A stretch of 64,000 nucleotides of DNA from the sequence record NC_014467.1; one strand, given 5' to 3'. The DNA is from Escherichia phage RB16. The stretch's first letter is position 1, and every line of letters begins with the position of its first letter. The notes beneath the pieces are model-generated. The model did no database searches and was not told the DNA's origin. It was given only the letters and a program-made list of their open reading frames with translations. Positions 51,940 through 64,000 of this stretch are shown piece by piece. Both the position numbers and the translations under genes were made by a program.

Positions 51940-53753
51940 AACAAGAAATTATTATTGGTAACGTGGTTGATGATGGCGCTGGCGATTACTTACGCCGTGG
52001 TGGTCAGAAAACAAACGCTAACTTTACCGAACTATACGAAAAGCTGGGTGATGGGGAGATCCCACACCCAGCGGGTGCATGGAAAACACATTCAGCACCG
52101 ACTCTGAACCCGATTTTCGGTGATTCATGGGCGCTGAATACCAGCAACAACCGTATTACTGTAAACCTCCCTAAAGGCGGCGTAGGCGATTATAACAAGG
52201 TTATTCGTCTGCGTGACGTATGGAGTAAATGGGCTGTAAACAACGTCCGTATTGTTCCTGCAACTGGTGATACCATCAAAGGATCACCAACTTACAAAGA
52301 ACTGTACAAAGATTTCATGGATGTTGAGTTAGTTTATTGTGCGCCTGGTCGTTGGGAATATGTCGAAAACAAACAGGTTGACAAAATCACAACTTCCGAT
52401 CTGGCTACTGTAGCAAAAGAAACATATATTGCTACACAAGGACAGACAGATTTCCCGAATGTGTTTGGCCCTGGTAACTCGTACAACGTCCGTGCTCTGG
52501 AAGTTTACTATCGTGGTAACTTGCTGTACATCGACGACAAAAACGGATTTGTTGAAGCAAACAGCGATTATGGTTCACCTGGTACAAACCCTGGAGAATT
52601 GATTGACCTTGATGGTACTAACATACGCCTTAAACGTCCGTGTAACGCTGGAGACACGCTTCAATTCGTAACCTATATGGATGGTATAGCGACATGGCGA
52701 TCGACGTATGAGGCGCATACTATGCGCGTATACAACACGGGTGATACTGAACTGGTAAGCGTACCTGGTGAAATCTGGGTTGGCAACCTTGCAACCAAAA
52801 AAGAATTTACCACTGCTGAATTCGGGATCAGTTCTCGTGTATTGATTAATCCGAACTCTTTCGAACTGCTGTTGAACGGTCGCCAACTTGTTAAAGCAGG
52901 TGACGCGGATCTTCCTACATTCGTGTGTGAAGGGGCAGAAGGTTATGATGAAGATAGCTGTTTAGCTAACTCCGGTGCGTGGGTTCCTTCTGGACAGGAC
53001 TACAGTTTGATCTTTGTTGATTCCATTGTAACAGGTATCAAATTCAGTCAACCTCTTGAAAGTCGCGATGTTGTTACGATCCGTTGGTTCAATAACGATA
53101 TCGGAACTGTAATGGAATGGGAAGGTGTTGGCGGTATTAAAGAGCATACCGATAAAATCTATCTGAACAACGAAGAAGAGTTAACCCTAGTTGGACGGAT
53201 TGAATATACCGACTATAACAACCCGTCGCAGAAAACGATGCGTAAAATTACGGAACCTTTCAGCGGTCGATTGCTGGATCTGCAAGCGTTTTTTGATGTG
53301 ATTCATCCGATCGGGACGATCTACGAAAACGCGCATAACGACGCAAACCCAGGCGAATACATGGGCTTCGGTATCTGGAAACGGTACGCAGAAGGTCAAT
53401 TTATCGCTGGTTGGACAACTGATGCAGCAGATAGCGATTTTGGTTTAAACAACAACGATTTGGATGGTTCTGGACAGCCTACACACACAGCAGGTGGTTC
53501 TGGTGGTGAACGTGGTTATGAAATTCATCCGATCAACGTTCCACAAATTGAATCAACCGATAAAGTTCTGATTAAGGACGACAACGGGATCATTATCATT
53601 GGTGGCTGTCAGGTTGACCCAGATGCAACAGGGCCAGGATACACTAAATACCGTGAGGATGTATTGAAAGTAAATCAGGGTAACACTACCCCAGATAAAC
53701 TTAAAACGCTCCCTCCGTATATTACTGCACATCGCTGGATAAGGGTAGCATAA
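51936..53753 (+). CDS. 10: baseplate wedge protein gp10
   Basis: 605 aa; T4 synteny. Confidence 0.85.
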   Translation: MKQEIIIGNVVDDGAGDYLRRGGQKTNANFTELYEKLGDGEIPHPAGAWKTHSAPTLNPIFGDSWALNTSNNRITVNLPKGGVGDYNKVIRLRDVWSKWAVNNVRIVPATGDTIKGSPTYKELYKDFMDVELVYCAPGRWEYVENKQVDKITTSDLATVAKETYIATQGQTDFPNVFGPGNSYNVRALEVYYRGNLLYIDDKNGFVEANSDYGSPGTNPGELIDLDGTNIRLKRPCNAGDTLQFVTYMDGIATWRSTYEAHTMRVYNTGDTELVSVPGEIWVGNLATKKEFTTAEFGISSRVLINPNSFELLLNGRQLVKAGDADLPTFVCEGAEGYDEDSCLANSGAWVPSGQDYSLIFVDSIVTGIKFSQPLESRDVVTIRWFNNDIGTVMEWEGVGGIKEHTDKIYLNNEEELTLVGRIEYTDYNNPSQKTMRKITEPFSGRLLDLQAFFDVIHPIGTIYENAHNDANPGEYMGFGIWKRYAEGQFIAGWTTDAADSDFGLNNNDLDGSGQPTHTAGGSGGERGYEIHPINVPQIESTDKVLIKDDNGIIIIGGCQVDPDATGPGYTKYREDVLKVNQGNTTPDKLKTLPPYITAHRWIRVA

Positions 53754-54415
53754 TGACACAATTTATTTCAAAGACAAGGGAGGGGGCGAAAGTCCCTTCC
53801 CGTGAAGCAGACTTTTTGCAATATGAAATGGGTACTAAAGACCCTCTTATCGGTGGTAAACGTACTATCGGTGGTGCAAACGTCGATCAGCTTCGTAAAG
53901 GGGTAGATTATCCCAACGTGCAATCAGCAATCGATGACCTGTATACTCTGTCTCAACAGATCCCGATCAACGGGGTTATCATGATGACAGAAGACAGTCC
54001 TCCGACCGCTGTTCAGCAGGTAGAGACTATAACTTTTGATGGTACTGTACAAAACACAGATCCAGACCAGACAAAAGCAACAATTCATGTTTATGGATTC
54101 CCGTTCGTGTTCGATAACACAACGAACGCATCAACCGTATGCGAAACAGTCTACAACAAGTTTACTGAATTTGTCAATGACGAAAAATATTTCGATCTGG
54201 TAACTCGCAAGGGCTTGAACGGTGAAATTCTGGAAGTTCGGTTTATTGATTGTGTTCCGCATCCGGTAACAAATACTACTGAAAACGGAATATCTATGGT
54301 AGGAACAATCGATGTACAGGCACGATCTGGTTACGGTACGTGGTCGAAACTGGGTGAGGTGGATCTTGCTGTAACTCCGGCAGTTCCAATTTTCTACTTT
54401 AAACGTATTGCGTAA
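53753..54415 (+). CDS. 11: baseplate wedge / short tail fibre attachment protein gp11
   Basis: 220 aa; T4 synteny. Confidence 0.85.
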   Translation: MTQFISKTREGAKVPSREADFLQYEMGTKDPLIGGKRTIGGANVDQLRKGVDYPNVQSAIDDLYTLSQQIPINGVIMMTEDSPPTAVQQVETITFDGTVQNTDPDQTKATIHVYGFPFVFDNTTNASTVCETVYNKFTEFVNDEKYFDLVTRKGLNGEILEVRFIDCVPHPVTNTTENGISMVGTIDVQARSGYGTWSKLGEVDLAVTPAVPIFYFKRIA

Positions 54416-54424
54416 GGATAACCA

Positions 54425-55816
54425 ATGAGTAACAACACAATTAACCACGTAAGCGATGCGTCCGTTTACGTGACTTTTGATCCGGCAGGTACGCAATGGC
54501 CCTCGACTTTCGTCAACGTACAGCAAGCATTAGCCTCTATAGGCCCGTGGGCGCGTACTGATGTTGGTTTGCCTAACGCGGCTCCTGGTATGCGTGGTAT
54601 TGCTGCTATTGCTACCGAGGCGATGATTGACGCAGGGACAGACAACGAAACGATCGTTACTCCTGCATTGCTGGCATATCGTTTACAAAATCCTCATGCG
54701 TCACAAACCGTTTGGGGATATACCAAATACGCAACTGATGCGGAAGCGGTTGATGTCGCAAACGATCTGGTTTCATTAACTCCGCGTTCGATCAATGTGG
54801 TTTTCAATACCAGACACGCATCAGAAACCGTGTGGGGTTCTTCTAAACTGTCAACGACAGCACAGGCAACAGCGGGTACTGATGATACAACCTCAATGAC
54901 ACCATTGAAGGTAAAACAAGCAATCTCTGCTCTGGTTCCGGTACAATCCAACGCAACAGAAAGCGCGTTCGGTTTGGTTCAGTTGGCTACGGTTTCAGAA
55001 GTCCGCGCGGGTACTATTCGCGACGGTTTCGCAATTTCACCGTATACGTTTATTCGTCTGAATGCAACAGAAAGCGATCTGGGTATTGTTCGCCTAGCAA
55101 GTCAGGCAGAAGTAAACGCAGGAACTGATGATACCAAAGCCGTTACCCCGTTAAAACTGGCTAACCTTAAAGGCTCCGGTGGTTCTTTCGGTTTGGTTAA
55201 ATTATCAACAGAAGTAAACGCAGGGCTGGCTAACACTGCTCTTTCTGCGGGTGCTAACGTAGTACCGAGCAACCGTGACAGCGCTATCACTGGTGGTGCA
55301 TTGTATCAGGGTTCAGTTGCTGCTGCTAATAAATACCAGACACATAGCGATATCGAAGCATCGTTACCGATTGGCTGTATGATGATGGCTGCATTTAACT
55401 CCGATTACGGAAACCTGTGTATTGCCAACGGTCGCGGGATGTATACATACGAATACCCAGAACTGTTTGCACGTATAGGCTATACGTATGGCGGTAGTGG
55501 TAACATCTTTAATCTTCCTGATATGCGCGGCGTAGTTGCTCGCGGATTTGATGCGGGACGTGGTTTAGACCCAGGTCGTGGATTTGGTACATACCAGCAT
55601 CACGAAGTACAGTCTCATGAGCATCCATTGCAGATGATCTATCAGTCTGGTGGTAACTTACCATCATGGCAGTGTGTTTATGAACTGCGTACTGCTGAGA
55701 AGAATGACCAGAAATTATACTGGCCTGATCCATCACTCAGTAAAGCAATGGCTGTAGGCGGTAACGAAACGCGAATGAAGAACCTTGCGGTCAACTATGT
55801 AATTCGAGTACGATAA
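54425..55816 (+). CDS. 12: short tail fibre protein gp12
   Basis: N-terminus MSNNTINHVSDASVYVTFDP... parallels T4 gp12; repeated TDDT..MTPLK motifs. Confidence 0.9.
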   Translation: MSNNTINHVSDASVYVTFDPAGTQWPSTFVNVQQALASIGPWARTDVGLPNAAPGMRGIAAIATEAMIDAGTDNETIVTPALLAYRLQNPHASQTVWGYTKYATDAEAVDVANDLVSLTPRSINVVFNTRHASETVWGSSKLSTTAQATAGTDDTTSMTPLKVKQAISALVPVQSNATESAFGLVQLATVSEVRAGTIRDGFAISPYTFIRLNATESDLGIVRLASQAEVNAGTDDTKAVTPLKLANLKGSGGSFGLVKLSTEVNAGLANTALSAGANVVPSNRDSAITGGALYQGSVAAANKYQTHSDIEASLPIGCMMMAAFNSDYGNLCIANGRGMYTYEYPELFARIGYTYGGSGNIFNLPDMRGVVARGFDAGRGLDPGRGFGTYQHHEVQSHEHPLQMIYQSGGNLPSWQCVYELRTAEKNDQKLYWPDPSLSKAMAVGGNETRMKNLAVNYVIRVR

Positions 55817-55828
55817 AGGGGTTAATCC

Positions 55829-58117
55829 ATGATTTCAAAACTTAACCCGTTACCAAAGATCCCGTTTGTTGATGGTGTCCCTTCGGACACCACACAAACC
55901 CCGATCAACTGGATAATTAACGGCGAAACTCTCGATGGTGCTAAAACCAAAGTCACTAACGAGGGTTCTTTAAACAGGTGCGGTGTTCTGGTACAAAAGA
56001 ACGCGGTGCAATTAGAAACCAACACCATTACACAGACTGCAAAAATCAACGAAGTTATCGATCAGGTTAACCTCATTAGTGAAAACCTCGCGGCTATTTC
56101 TGATGAAAGCGTGATTGACAAACTGGATCAGGTTGTTGCTGATGTAGAAGTGTTGAAAGTTGATATGACTGCGGTTCAAGGTTCTACTGCAAGCAATACC
56201 CTGAAAATCCAGGATCTCGATAAAGAGATCGGGACGTGGGACGCTTCAACAGATCCTAAACACCGTACCATTCGAAAAGATATTATTTTCCTGAAAGGGG
56301 AAATGGGTGCGTACCCTGGGTTTAACGAAAACGGCGACGTAGATCCGACATCAACGGGTTCCGGCATGAAATACAAAATCATGACGAACGCGCAAGCGAT
56401 TTCGATTCATGAAGGACGTATTACGCGCCTTGAAGATGATTGGGCTAACTCAGACGTAGGTCATTTAACTGATGAAGTAACCGATCTGCGTAACGAAATG
56501 GGGCCAAAACATTTAGCGACGTTTGAATCTGTATATGTTCGTCTAAACATTATCGGTACTGAGATCACTGGTATCAATTCCGAACTAACCAGCATCAACC
56601 AATATATCGGTCGTACTGGCACGGGTGGAACTGGTAGTATTTCTGCGCGTATGACTACAGCAGAATCGAATATCGCAACCCTGCAAACACAGATGAATGA
56701 TTCTGCTACTGGTGTATTACCTCGCGTAATTTCTTTGGAAAATGCTGTCGGTAACTCTCAGATCCCTGGTAGTATTCGTTACGACATCAGCGCAATCAAA
56801 CGTGACATCGGTGATATCAACATGATCGTCGGTGAATCAAGCGATGATGGTCTTCGTGGGGAAATGGCTCAGGTTATGACCGATATCGGTACTGATTCAC
56901 AGCCTACGAGCATCAAAGGCCGTTTGCTGAACGTTGAGAACACCCAACGTGACGATCACCAGAAACTGATTGACGTTGAATCTGTTGTTGGTAATACTTC
57001 AAGTGGACTCGTTGCGGCTAATATCGCGATGGGTAAAGCTGTTTACGGTGATGCAACGAGTTCTGATCCATTCCTGAAAGACGGTATTCAGAAAACAGCG
57101 CGTGACAGTAAAGCGGCTATCGGTGTAAACACAACCGGATCGGAAACAGGGATCTATAAACTGATTTCAGATTTGACTGCTCGTGTTGCTGCACTTGAAA
57201 GCGGTACTGGTGGCGAACTTGAACAACGTGTTTCTGATTTGGAAACCAATAAAGCATCGCATCAGGACGTTGCAAACGCATTGGTTCCGTATATTACCGA
57301 AGCGGAAGCAGATGTTAAGTACGAACCGAAGAAAATTCCGTTATCGTTTACGCAAAACCTTGTTAGGCGTGGCGATTATATCGAAGGTGATGACATTTCT
57401 TTCATGGTTACGGTAACAGGTGGTAAACTGCCTTATGTCTACCAGTGGAAGAAAGGAACCGCTGATGTAGGTACTAACGCATCGAGCATTCTGATCCAAA
57501 GCATTACCTCTGCCGACGCTGGCGTGTATAAAGTTGTTGTTACCGATGCAGACAACACCGTAATTACTTCTGACGAAGTGACGGTTGCTGTTTATCCGGT
57601 TCCTCAGTTTGATACTAACCTGGCTGACAAATCGGTGGTTGACGGTGATCCTCTGACTCTGGAAGTTGTATACAGCGGTGGTAAACCTCCGTACACTTAC
57701 GAATGGTTCAAAGATAACTCTGTTATCTCTGGGGAAACATCAGCAACATTTACCAAATCTGCTGTTACAAGCGCTGATGCTGGTGAATACTATGTTTCTG
57801 TAACTGACGCAATGAACAACCAAAACGATTCAGTGAAAGCAACCGTGACTGTAACACCTCGTCCGGCTCTTGCATTCACTACGGATCTGAGTGCTACTAA
57901 ATCATACAGCACAGGTGCTAACATGGATCTTGCTGTTGTCGTGACTGGTGGTAAAACACCATATACGTATAAATGGTTTAAAGACACTGCGGAAATTTCC
58001 GGTCAGACAGGCGCAAGCCTTACCACTGTAGCAGAAGATGGGGTGTATAAAGTCGAAGTGACGGATGCACTAACGACTAAAATAACATCAACTGAATGCA
58101 CGGTAACTGTGGCATAA
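55829..58117 (+). CDS. wac: fibritin (whisker/neck fibre, wac) with three C-terminal Ig-like repeats
   Basis: N-terminal LPKIPFVDGVP and coiled-coil segments as in T4 fibritin; C-terminus has three about 90-aa repeats. Confidence 0.85.
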   Translation: MISKLNPLPKIPFVDGVPSDTTQTPINWIINGETLDGAKTKVTNEGSLNRCGVLVQKNAVQLETNTITQTAKINEVIDQVNLISENLAAISDESVIDKLDQVVADVEVLKVDMTAVQGSTASNTLKIQDLDKEIGTWDASTDPKHRTIRKDIIFLKGEMGAYPGFNENGDVDPTSTGSGMKYKIMTNAQAISIHEGRITRLEDDWANSDVGHLTDEVTDLRNEMGPKHLATFESVYVRLNIIGTEITGINSELTSINQYIGRTGTGGTGSISARMTTAESNIATLQTQMNDSATGVLPRVISLENAVGNSQIPGSIRYDISAIKRDIGDINMIVGESSDDGLRGEMAQVMTDIGTDSQPTSIKGRLLNVENTQRDDHQKLIDVESVVGNTSSGLVAANIAMGKAVYGDATSSDPFLKDGIQKTARDSKAAIGVNTTGSETGIYKLISDLTARVAALESGTGGELEQRVSDLETNKASHQDVANALVPYITEAEADVKYEPKKIPLSFTQNLVRRGDYIEGDDISFMVTVTGGKLPYVYQWKKGTADVGTNASSILIQSITSADAGVYKVVVTDADNTVITSDEVTVAVYPVPQFDTNLADKSVVDGDPLTLEVVYSGGKPPYTYEWFKDNSVISGETSATFTKSAVTSADAGEYYVSVTDAMNNQNDSVKATVTVTPRPALAFTTDLSATKSYSTGANMDLAVVVTGGKTPYTYKWFKDTAEISGQTGASLTTVAEDGVYKVEVTDALTTKITSTECTVTVA

Positions 58118-58123
58118 TTTAAC

Positions 58124-58143
58124 AAGGGGCGCAAGCCCCTTTT
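58124..58143 (+). terminator. intrinsic terminator after wac
   Basis: AGGGGC-GCAA-GCCCCT + TTT. Confidence 0.6.
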
Positions 58144-58152
58144 GAGGATCAT

Positions 58153-59076
58153 ATGATTACGAACAATCCTGAACAATTGAAGGATGAAATTCTTCGTCGT
58201 CTGGGCGCACCAATCATCAAAATCGAAATCACACAAGACCAGATTTACGATTGCATTCAACGCGCACTGGATCTGTATGCGGAATATCACTACAACGGAA
58301 CAAACAAAAGTTACATTATCCTTACGTTAGGCGAAGACAACCCGCGAAACGTATTTGATTTGAGTAAAGAACATATTTTCGCGGTTACAAAAGTATTGCG
58401 TACAAATATCGGTTCATTGGTTTCTATGGACGGTACAGCGGTTTATCCGTGGTTTACTGATTTCCTGATGGGGCTTACTGGTGGTTCTCTGGGCGGTCGC
58501 TGTGCATCAAGCGTGTACGGTATGAATGCATATGGCGCGGATCTGGGGTATTTTACACAGATGATGTCATATCAACGTTCAATGCAAGAGTTGCTGGCTC
58601 CATTACCTGATTACTGGTACAACGACGACACTGGTCAGTTTTGTGTATGGGGTAAAGTCAACAACGGTGATATTATTGTCATTGAAGTGATGGTAAGATC
58701 CTTTGTCGATGTTCCTAGTGCCGTAGGAAGCGTTGCAGGATACGCTACAGCGGGTTCTAACGCAGTAGAAGACCAATCCATAGCCGACATCTACGATAAC
58801 CCGTATAACGCGGTTGTGGGCGGTGTACGAGCGGGACAGGGTACAACTGTTACTGGTGGAACCTCTGCATATAACAACCGTTGGGTAAAAGACTACTCAA
58901 CCGCGCTGGTAAAAGAAATCAACGGGCAAATTCTGGCTAAGTTTCAGGGTATGCAATTGCCTGGTGGTGTTGCTCCAGATGGAACACGACTGATTCAGGA
59001 AGCGGAAACCAAATTACAAGGATTGCGCGACGAACTGATTTCTATGTCTGACGCAGTTCCTATTATTATGGTGTAG
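58153..59076 (+). CDS. 13: neck protein gp13
   Basis: 307 aa; T4 synteny. Confidence 0.85.
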   Translation: MITNNPEQLKDEILRRLGAPIIKIEITQDQIYDCIQRALDLYAEYHYNGTNKSYIILTLGEDNPRNVFDLSKEHIFAVTKVLRTNIGSLVSMDGTAVYPWFTDFLMGLTGGSLGGRCASSVYGMNAYGADLGYFTQMMSYQRSMQELLAPLPDYWYNDDTGQFCVWGKVNNGDIIVIEVMVRSFVDVPSAVGSVAGYATAGSNAVEDQSIADIYDNPYNAVVGGVRAGQGTTVTGGTSAYNNRWVKDYSTALVKEINGQILAKFQGMQLPGGVAPDGTRLIQEAETKLQGLRDELISMSDAVPIIMV

Positions 59077-59084
59077 GGGGAATA

Positions 59085-59831
59085 ATGCAAAACTGGGATG
59101 AAAGTTTATTCGCTCAGTTGTCAACGGGGGAGGGAGTCGATCGCAACTTAAAGGATCAAGTCACTAACCCGTATGTAAACTGGTACAAATATAACCCAAC
59201 ACAACAGCTACATGATTCACTTACAGCAGAATCAATCCAGATGAAATCACCTGATATGTATTATGTCAGACGTGAATTTGTGAATATAGATAAAATTCTG
59301 GGTGAAGACCGAGAGTCTAAATTCACGAAATCGTGGAAGATCGCTGCATATATTGAATCATATGCTAACTATGAAGGACAGCGGGACTTCTTTAGAAAAT
59401 TCGGGTTGAGTTCTAACGACGAAATGACGCTGGTACTAAATCCGCGTTTATTTGCACATCAAACTGATGGTGGTATTCCGGTGCTGGGGGATTTGGTTTA
59501 TTTCCCAATGGATAACAGCTTGTTTGAAATTACATGGGTGGAAGCAGATCCGTTCTATCAGTTCGGTGATCGTCCTCAACGTAAAATCAACCTGGCTAAA
59601 TTCATCTACACGGGCGAAGAATTGGCTCCTGAATTGCAGCGAAACGAAGGAATCCATATCGAACCTGATGCAGAACTGGATCTTGAACCTATTCGAAATC
59701 TTGACGGGCTGGCAGATATTAACATTGAACAGTACGAAGAAGACAAAGAATTTGAAAGAGAAGGTGACGAGTTTATCGAATCTTTTGATGTTGTCAACGG
59801 TCGCGGTTCTCCGTTTGCAAGTCTACCATAA
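59085..59831 (+). CDS. 14: neck protein gp14
   Basis: 248 aa; T4 synteny. Confidence 0.85.
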   Translation: MQNWDESLFAQLSTGEGVDRNLKDQVTNPYVNWYKYNPTQQLHDSLTAESIQMKSPDMYYVRREFVNIDKILGEDRESKFTKSWKIAAYIESYANYEGQRDFFRKFGLSSNDEMTLVLNPRLFAHQTDGGIPVLGDLVYFPMDNSLFEITWVEADPFYQFGDRPQRKINLAKFIYTGEELAPELQRNEGIHIEPDAELDLEPIRNLDGLADINIEQYEEDKEFEREGDEFIESFDVVNGRGSPFASLP

Positions 59832-59835
59832 ATAA
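59828..59835 (+). promoter_or_regulatory. late-promoter-like box CATAAATAA
   Basis: ATAAATAA overlapping gp14 stop, upstream of hairpin pair. Confidence 0.35.
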
Positions 59836-59842
59836 GTTAAAT

Positions 59843-59880
59843 GGGTATAGGCGGAAGTCTATACCCTCTTCAAAGAGGGG
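59843..59880 (+). promoter_or_regulatory. two alternative hairpins, the second sequestering the SD of the downstream T5orf172-like gene
   Basis: GGGTATAG-GCGGAAGT-CTATACCC (59843-59866) and CCCTCTT-CAA-AGAGGG (59864-59880); SD AGAGGGG lies in the 3' arm. Confidence 0.5.
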
Positions 59881-59888
59881 TTTATGAT

Positions 59889-60614
59889 ATGGTTGCAAAA
59901 ATCTCTATAGAACAACGAGAACATCAATTAAAAGAACGTTGTGCGGAATTAGAACTATCTTTTGATGGATGGGTAGACCAATCAGCGATCACAAAATATT
60001 CAAAGTTTTATGTTGTTTGCAGTAAAGGACATAGAACAGAAAAACAGATCAAACCATTTGTCAACAAAAGTCGTCCAAACGGATGTTATTTGTGTTCTCC
60101 TAAGATGAAAATATCAAAGGAAAACAGAATCGAGGAAATCAAAACTCTTGCAGATTCAATTGGATATACATTCATAGATTTCGTTGGGGTGTATAAAGAT
60201 GCTCACACAAAAATATCAATGGTTTGCGATAAAGGCCATAATTGGGATGTAAGTATAGTTGCTTTTCTCAATCAAGGTCATCGCTGTAAAAAATGCGCAA
60301 CGTCTGGGTTCAATACGAACAAACCAGCATACGTATACGTACAATCACTATCTGGAAAATTTCTGAAATTTGGGATAACCAACAGAACACCAAAGAAAAG
60401 AATGTGTGCGCAATCAAATAAATCCGTTTATAAACACGAACTGGTTTATCAAAAATTATTCGATAAAGGTATTGATGCAATGAGTATTGAACAGAAGATC
60501 AAACAATCTCTTGTTTGTGGCGTAGTTGATAAATCAGATATGATGGATGGATATACAGAAACAACAGATATATCCAATTACGATAAACTGTTGAATATTA
60601 TAGAAGGAGTATAA
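59889..60614 (+). CDS. T5orf172/GIY-YIG-like domain protein with duplicated zinc-finger modules (free-standing homing-endonuclease-like)
   Basis: two CxKGH...CxxC modules then YVYVQSLSGKFLKFGITNRTPKKR (T5orf172-type GxxKxGxT...R); inserted between genes 14 and 15. Confidence 0.5.
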   Translation: MVAKISIEQREHQLKERCAELELSFDGWVDQSAITKYSKFYVVCSKGHRTEKQIKPFVNKSRPNGCYLCSPKMKISKENRIEEIKTLADSIGYTFIDFVGVYKDAHTKISMVCDKGHNWDVSIVAFLNQGHRCKKCATSGFNTNKPAYVYVQSLSGKFLKFGITNRTPKKRMCAQSNKSVYKHELVYQKLFDKGIDAMSIEQKIKQSLVCGVVDKSDMMDGYTETTDISNYDKLLNIIEGV

Positions 60615-60616
60615 AA

Positions 60617-61434
60617 TTGTTTGGATACTGGTATAATAGTTCGCTGCGTAACTACATTGTTCTTATGGGACAATTGTTTAACCATGTTCAGGTTAAAAGA
60701 GTACGCGGCGATCAAGAAAAATTTATTAAGGTTCCAATTACCTACGCATCGAAAGAGAAATTTCTTGCTTCCATGAATAAACTCAACTATGCGTATAGTC
60801 AGGAAAACGTAGCAAAGACGGAAACCATTTTACCGCGAATGAACCTATCACTGGTCGATCTGCAATATAACGCAATTCGTAAAACCAGCATAGCGGTCAA
60901 CCAAAAAATGACGCAATTGCAATCACCCCGCAAGACGATCACACAGTTTAACCCTGTGCCTTATCGTTTAATTTTTGAACTGGGTGTGTATACGCGATAT
61001 GAAGACGACATGTTTCAGATCGCAGAACAGATTTTACCGTATTTTCAACCACATTTCAACTGCAAGATTACCGAACTGCATAAGAACGAAATCACAGTTG
61101 ACCGAGACATCAAAATCAGTCTCCAGTCGGTTGCACCAGATACAACGTTTGAGGGCGAAGCATCACAGCGCCGACATGTTGAATGGTCTTTCATGTTCGA
61201 ATTGCAGGGTTATCTGTACCCGCCTGTTACTGACGTTAAGGGCGAAATCAGAACAGTATACACGGATTTCTTTGCCAATATGAACCCATTGGATAAAGAT
61301 AACTTTGAATCCGTTGATAGTCAAGCCGATCCGGTAGATCTGCCTTTGCAGGATTACACGGGCGAAGAATATATTCAGACGTATTCGCACGATAAGCCGA
61401 TCCCGTCTGGTGATGAACCTCCTAAGCCGAGGGA

Positions 61435-61438
<4 letters not shown>
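60617..61438 (+). CDS. 15: tail sheath stabiliser / connector protein gp15
   Basis: MFGYWYNSSLRNY... parallels T4 gp15 MFGYFYNSSFRRY...; apparent TTG start at 60617 after AGGAGT. Confidence 0.9.
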
Positions 61439-63781
<2,343 letters not shown>

Positions 63782-63796
63782 AGAGGAAATTCTATA

Positions 63797-64000
63797 ATGG
63801 CTTTACAATCTCCAGGTATTGAAACAAAAGAAACATCGGTACAATCTACCGTTGTTCGAAATTCAACTGGTCGCGCTGCCATTGTTGGTAAATTTTCATG
63901 GGGGCCAGCTTATCAGATCCGTCAGATTTCTAACGAAGTCGAACTGGTAAACTATTTTGGTTCCCCAGACAACCTAACCGCTGATTATTTCATGAGTGCT
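63797..64000 (+). CDS. 18: tail sheath protein gp18 (5' partial, runs off window)
   Basis: MALQSPGIETKETSVQSTVV... parallels T4 gp18 N-terminus. Confidence 0.9.
   Translation, partial: MALQSPGIETKETSVQSTVVRNSTGRAAIVGKFSWGPAYQIRQISNEVELVNYFGSPDNLTADYFMSA

Overview
This window reads as part of a T4-like (Tevenvirinae-type) myovirus genome; I saw no CRISPR arrays, tRNA or rRNA genes. Positions 1-36.8 kb are a dense, almost entirely minus-strand array of about 80 early-type genes. Recognisable ones are a Dcm-type C5-cytosine methyltransferase, an NMN adenylyltransferase-Nudix fusion (NatV-like), thymidine kinase, a PIN-PhoH ATPase, an M15 peptidase, a Nudix hydrolase, an Acb1/57B-like 2H phosphoesterase, gp57A, dNMP kinase gp1 and gp3. 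Less expected are a 739-aa vWA protein flanked by two paralogs sharing an identical 17-aa N-terminus, a Pol-beta-type nucleotidyltransferase, a DUF262/ParB-like protein and a radical-SAM-like Cys-cluster protein. Positions 36.9-64 kb are the plus-strand late module in T4 order: 53, 5, 6, 7, 8, 9, 10, 11, 12, wac, 13, 14, 15, 16, 17 and the start of 18. It is interrupted by a capsid-targeting-sequence protein between genes 3 and 2, a GIY-YIG gene between 2 and 4, a 690-aa unknown ORF plus an HNH gene between 5 and 6, and a T5orf172-like gene between 14 and 15. The early region carries at least six copies of a compact terminator-hairpin/promoter cassette. The most interesting candidates for undescribed biology are the 690-aa ORF coupled to the spike gene, the vWA cassette and the radical-SAM-like, nucleotidyltransferase and DUF262 proteins. 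All homology statements come from motif reading and recalled T4 sequences, not from database searches, and need BLAST/HMM confirmation.
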